From Eledone cirrhosa (lineage: Eukaryota): DNA of 64,000 nt. This document shows positions 61,942-64,000 of the stretch, one piece after another. Both the position numbers and the translations under genes were made by a program. The stretch spans positions 53,320,001-53,384,000 of the forward strand of contig OZ024750.1 in assembly GCA_964016885.1 (NCBI GenBank), read 5' to 3'. Every line of letters starts with the position of its first letter. The first letter of the stretch is position 1. The notes under the pieces are model-generated. The model saw only the letters and a list, made by a program, of their open reading frames with translations, was not told the origin of the DNA and did no database searches.

Positions 61942-63787
61942 GATATGTTCCCATGACTCAAATGTGGTCCACCAAAACATTCTTCTGTTATTATTTCTCT
62001 AGGAAGACGGCAGGGTAATATTAAACTCATTTCATTCTATGTTGTTATGTTGTATATATTATTTCACTTGTATTACTATGGCAATATTTTTCCAACATTT
62101 TCAAACTTTATTAGGATGTTATGTGTTACATTAAATGTTGAAATATTCCTAACCCTTTCAATACCATATTTTTTGTGAAACTCACTGTTTATTATATTGT
62201 TTTAAATAATCATATTTTTGAAGGAGTACTTGTGTTTTACTATAAGCCTTTTCATTAGCATATTTCTAATGAAATACAGTTTTTTAAATAATTTTGAAAA
62301 TCGGCAAGAATTTTGATTGATGTAGCAATATACCTAACTATCTTTGTTAATTCTTCCATCACAATATTTCTGATAAAAAAAAACCGTATGATTTACAAAT
62401 AATTTTGAAAATATGCAAGAATTTTGAGGGATTTAGAAATATGTCTAACTTTCTCATTATTAGTCCATATTTCCAGACACTGCCAATTTTCAAAATATGT
62501 TAAAACATAATCAGGAATTTGGAGGGATTTAGTAATATAACTTTCTCATTCTTTAGCTGGTGTTTGGAATATAACTTAATGATCTTTCCTTAGAATTACG
62601 ATGAAATAATTTTAGATTATACCTTAAAATTAAGTTTTGTATTGTAGAATCAGTGGCAGTTTCACTCAGTTGTGTATCAAAAGGGTTAAGAATTTTTTTC
62701 TCTTTTTTTTTTATTATTCTTGTCTCCCCTTTTAAGTGTCTCTTTAATGTTGATAGACACAATGTCGTTTGATCAACTAAAGATCTAACGCGTGAATTAA
62801 TGTGTCAGAGGTTGAGTGTTCTAATTACATGTGTATCTATAATGTAATTTCCAATACAAATCACCATACCATAATATCTGACAATGCTGAATGTTTGAAT
62901 TACACCTACAATACATTCAATGGACTTCCACATACCTTTTGTCTACTAAATCACTCACAATGCTTGGGTCAACTTGAGGCTATGGTAAAGATACTTGCTG
63001 AAGATACCATGAAGTGGGATCAAACCCTGGACCTCATGAATGTGGACAAAAAAAATATATATATATTTTGATTTAATTTGTTCATAAACACTAGACATAA
63101 ATATGTTTTTAATGTCATTGTAATATTGTAATGCTTAAAAGATTTTTAGTTTGTGCTTTTCATTTACAAAAAATAAAGTTTTAGATTAAGATTAATGATG
63201 TGATTAATAAACCATAAAAAGAGCCAAATATTGTCTCACTTCATCATACTATAATTTCTTCATTCAGTTGTCTGAATGTAATGAAAGAATTTGATATTAC
63301 CATATTCCCAAACATTAGTTGATTAGTTCAGGTGAATCTATGTAATGAAACAACTTGGTATTACCATATTCCCAAACATTAGTTCATTACCATTACCCAC
63401 TTTATACGTTGTTATTTTATATCATGCTATGAAAACATTACAATTTTGATTTTGTTTTATAATTTTCTAAAATAATGTTATTAAAAGTTTGTATTATTTC
63501 TTATTAAAATGGAATAATATTCATTAATTTGGCAGATTAATATTTATTTTAGCCAACTTTATATACTGTATATGTTTTTATATAAGTTTCAGTGGTAGAT
63601 AAGTTACACTGCCCTTTGTGATTATATTTTAGCAAAATGGTTTAATATTTCAAACCCACAGCAATGGTGACACATCCAATTTTAAAAAAAATTTCTAGTC
63701 AAAAAGTTGCAACATGTTTACAAGTATATACAGTATATCTATAGAACTGTGTCCATCTTAATGTTTCTCTCTTTTCCATCTTTGAAG

Positions 63788-63979
63788 GACATGTACATGA
63801 ATATAAACCGCATCTTAAGTGTTGCTCAGCGCCTGTGTGACACTGGTCATTATGGTGCCAATGAAATCCGCCAACAGGCCAGTAAACTGGAGAGGGATTG
63901 GAAGACTTTAGCAGCAGCTGTTGATGATCGTAGCACTGTCCTTAGTATGTCTGTGATTTTTCATAAACGTGCAGAACAG
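63788..63979 (+). CDS. trio: Internal exon of Trio/Kalirin-family RhoGEF (absent from the ORF track)
   Basis: Acceptor tttctctcttttccatctttgaAG, donor CAG|GTgaac; 192 nt, phase 0/0. Encodes DMYMNINRILSVAQRLCDTGHYGANEIRQQASKLERDWKTLAAAVDDRSTVLSMSVIFHKRAEQ, collinear with recalled Trio NVYVNINRIMSVANRL...GHYA...IRQ...LE..WK..AAA.D.RS..L.MS..FH..AE. Confidence 0.95.
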
Positions 63980-64000
63980 GTGAACAAACTAAACCTTTTT

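Overview
AT-rich animal genomic DNA, most likely an octopod cephalopod (inferred from the huge (TA)n tracts and the SINE/RTE/CR1/Penelope repertoire). The window lies inside one + strand gene, a Trio/Kalirin-family RhoGEF. Three spectrin-repeat exons (6760-6944, 9601-9723, 63788-63979) splice in frame, and the last two are separated by one ~54 kb intron. The introns hold TA microsatellites, an ~18.8 kb 14-bp satellite, 50-bp and 53/54-bp minisatellites, a 5'-truncated CR1-type LINE, RTE fragments with a partner SINE, Penelope-like element remnants, an inverted pair of LTR+PBS arms, and several fold-back palindromes. The main hidden signal is a set of type I hammerhead ribozyme motifs (CUGANGA...GAAA...UH with pairing stems and mostly palindromic helix III), from several unrelated sequence families. 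All are antisense to the gene except one, which sits inside a palindrome opposite its own complement. A candidate 12-nt microexon or recursive splice site lies at 30509-30520. Nearly all long ORFs in the track are artefacts of repeats. All calls were made by eye, with no alignments or folding computed.
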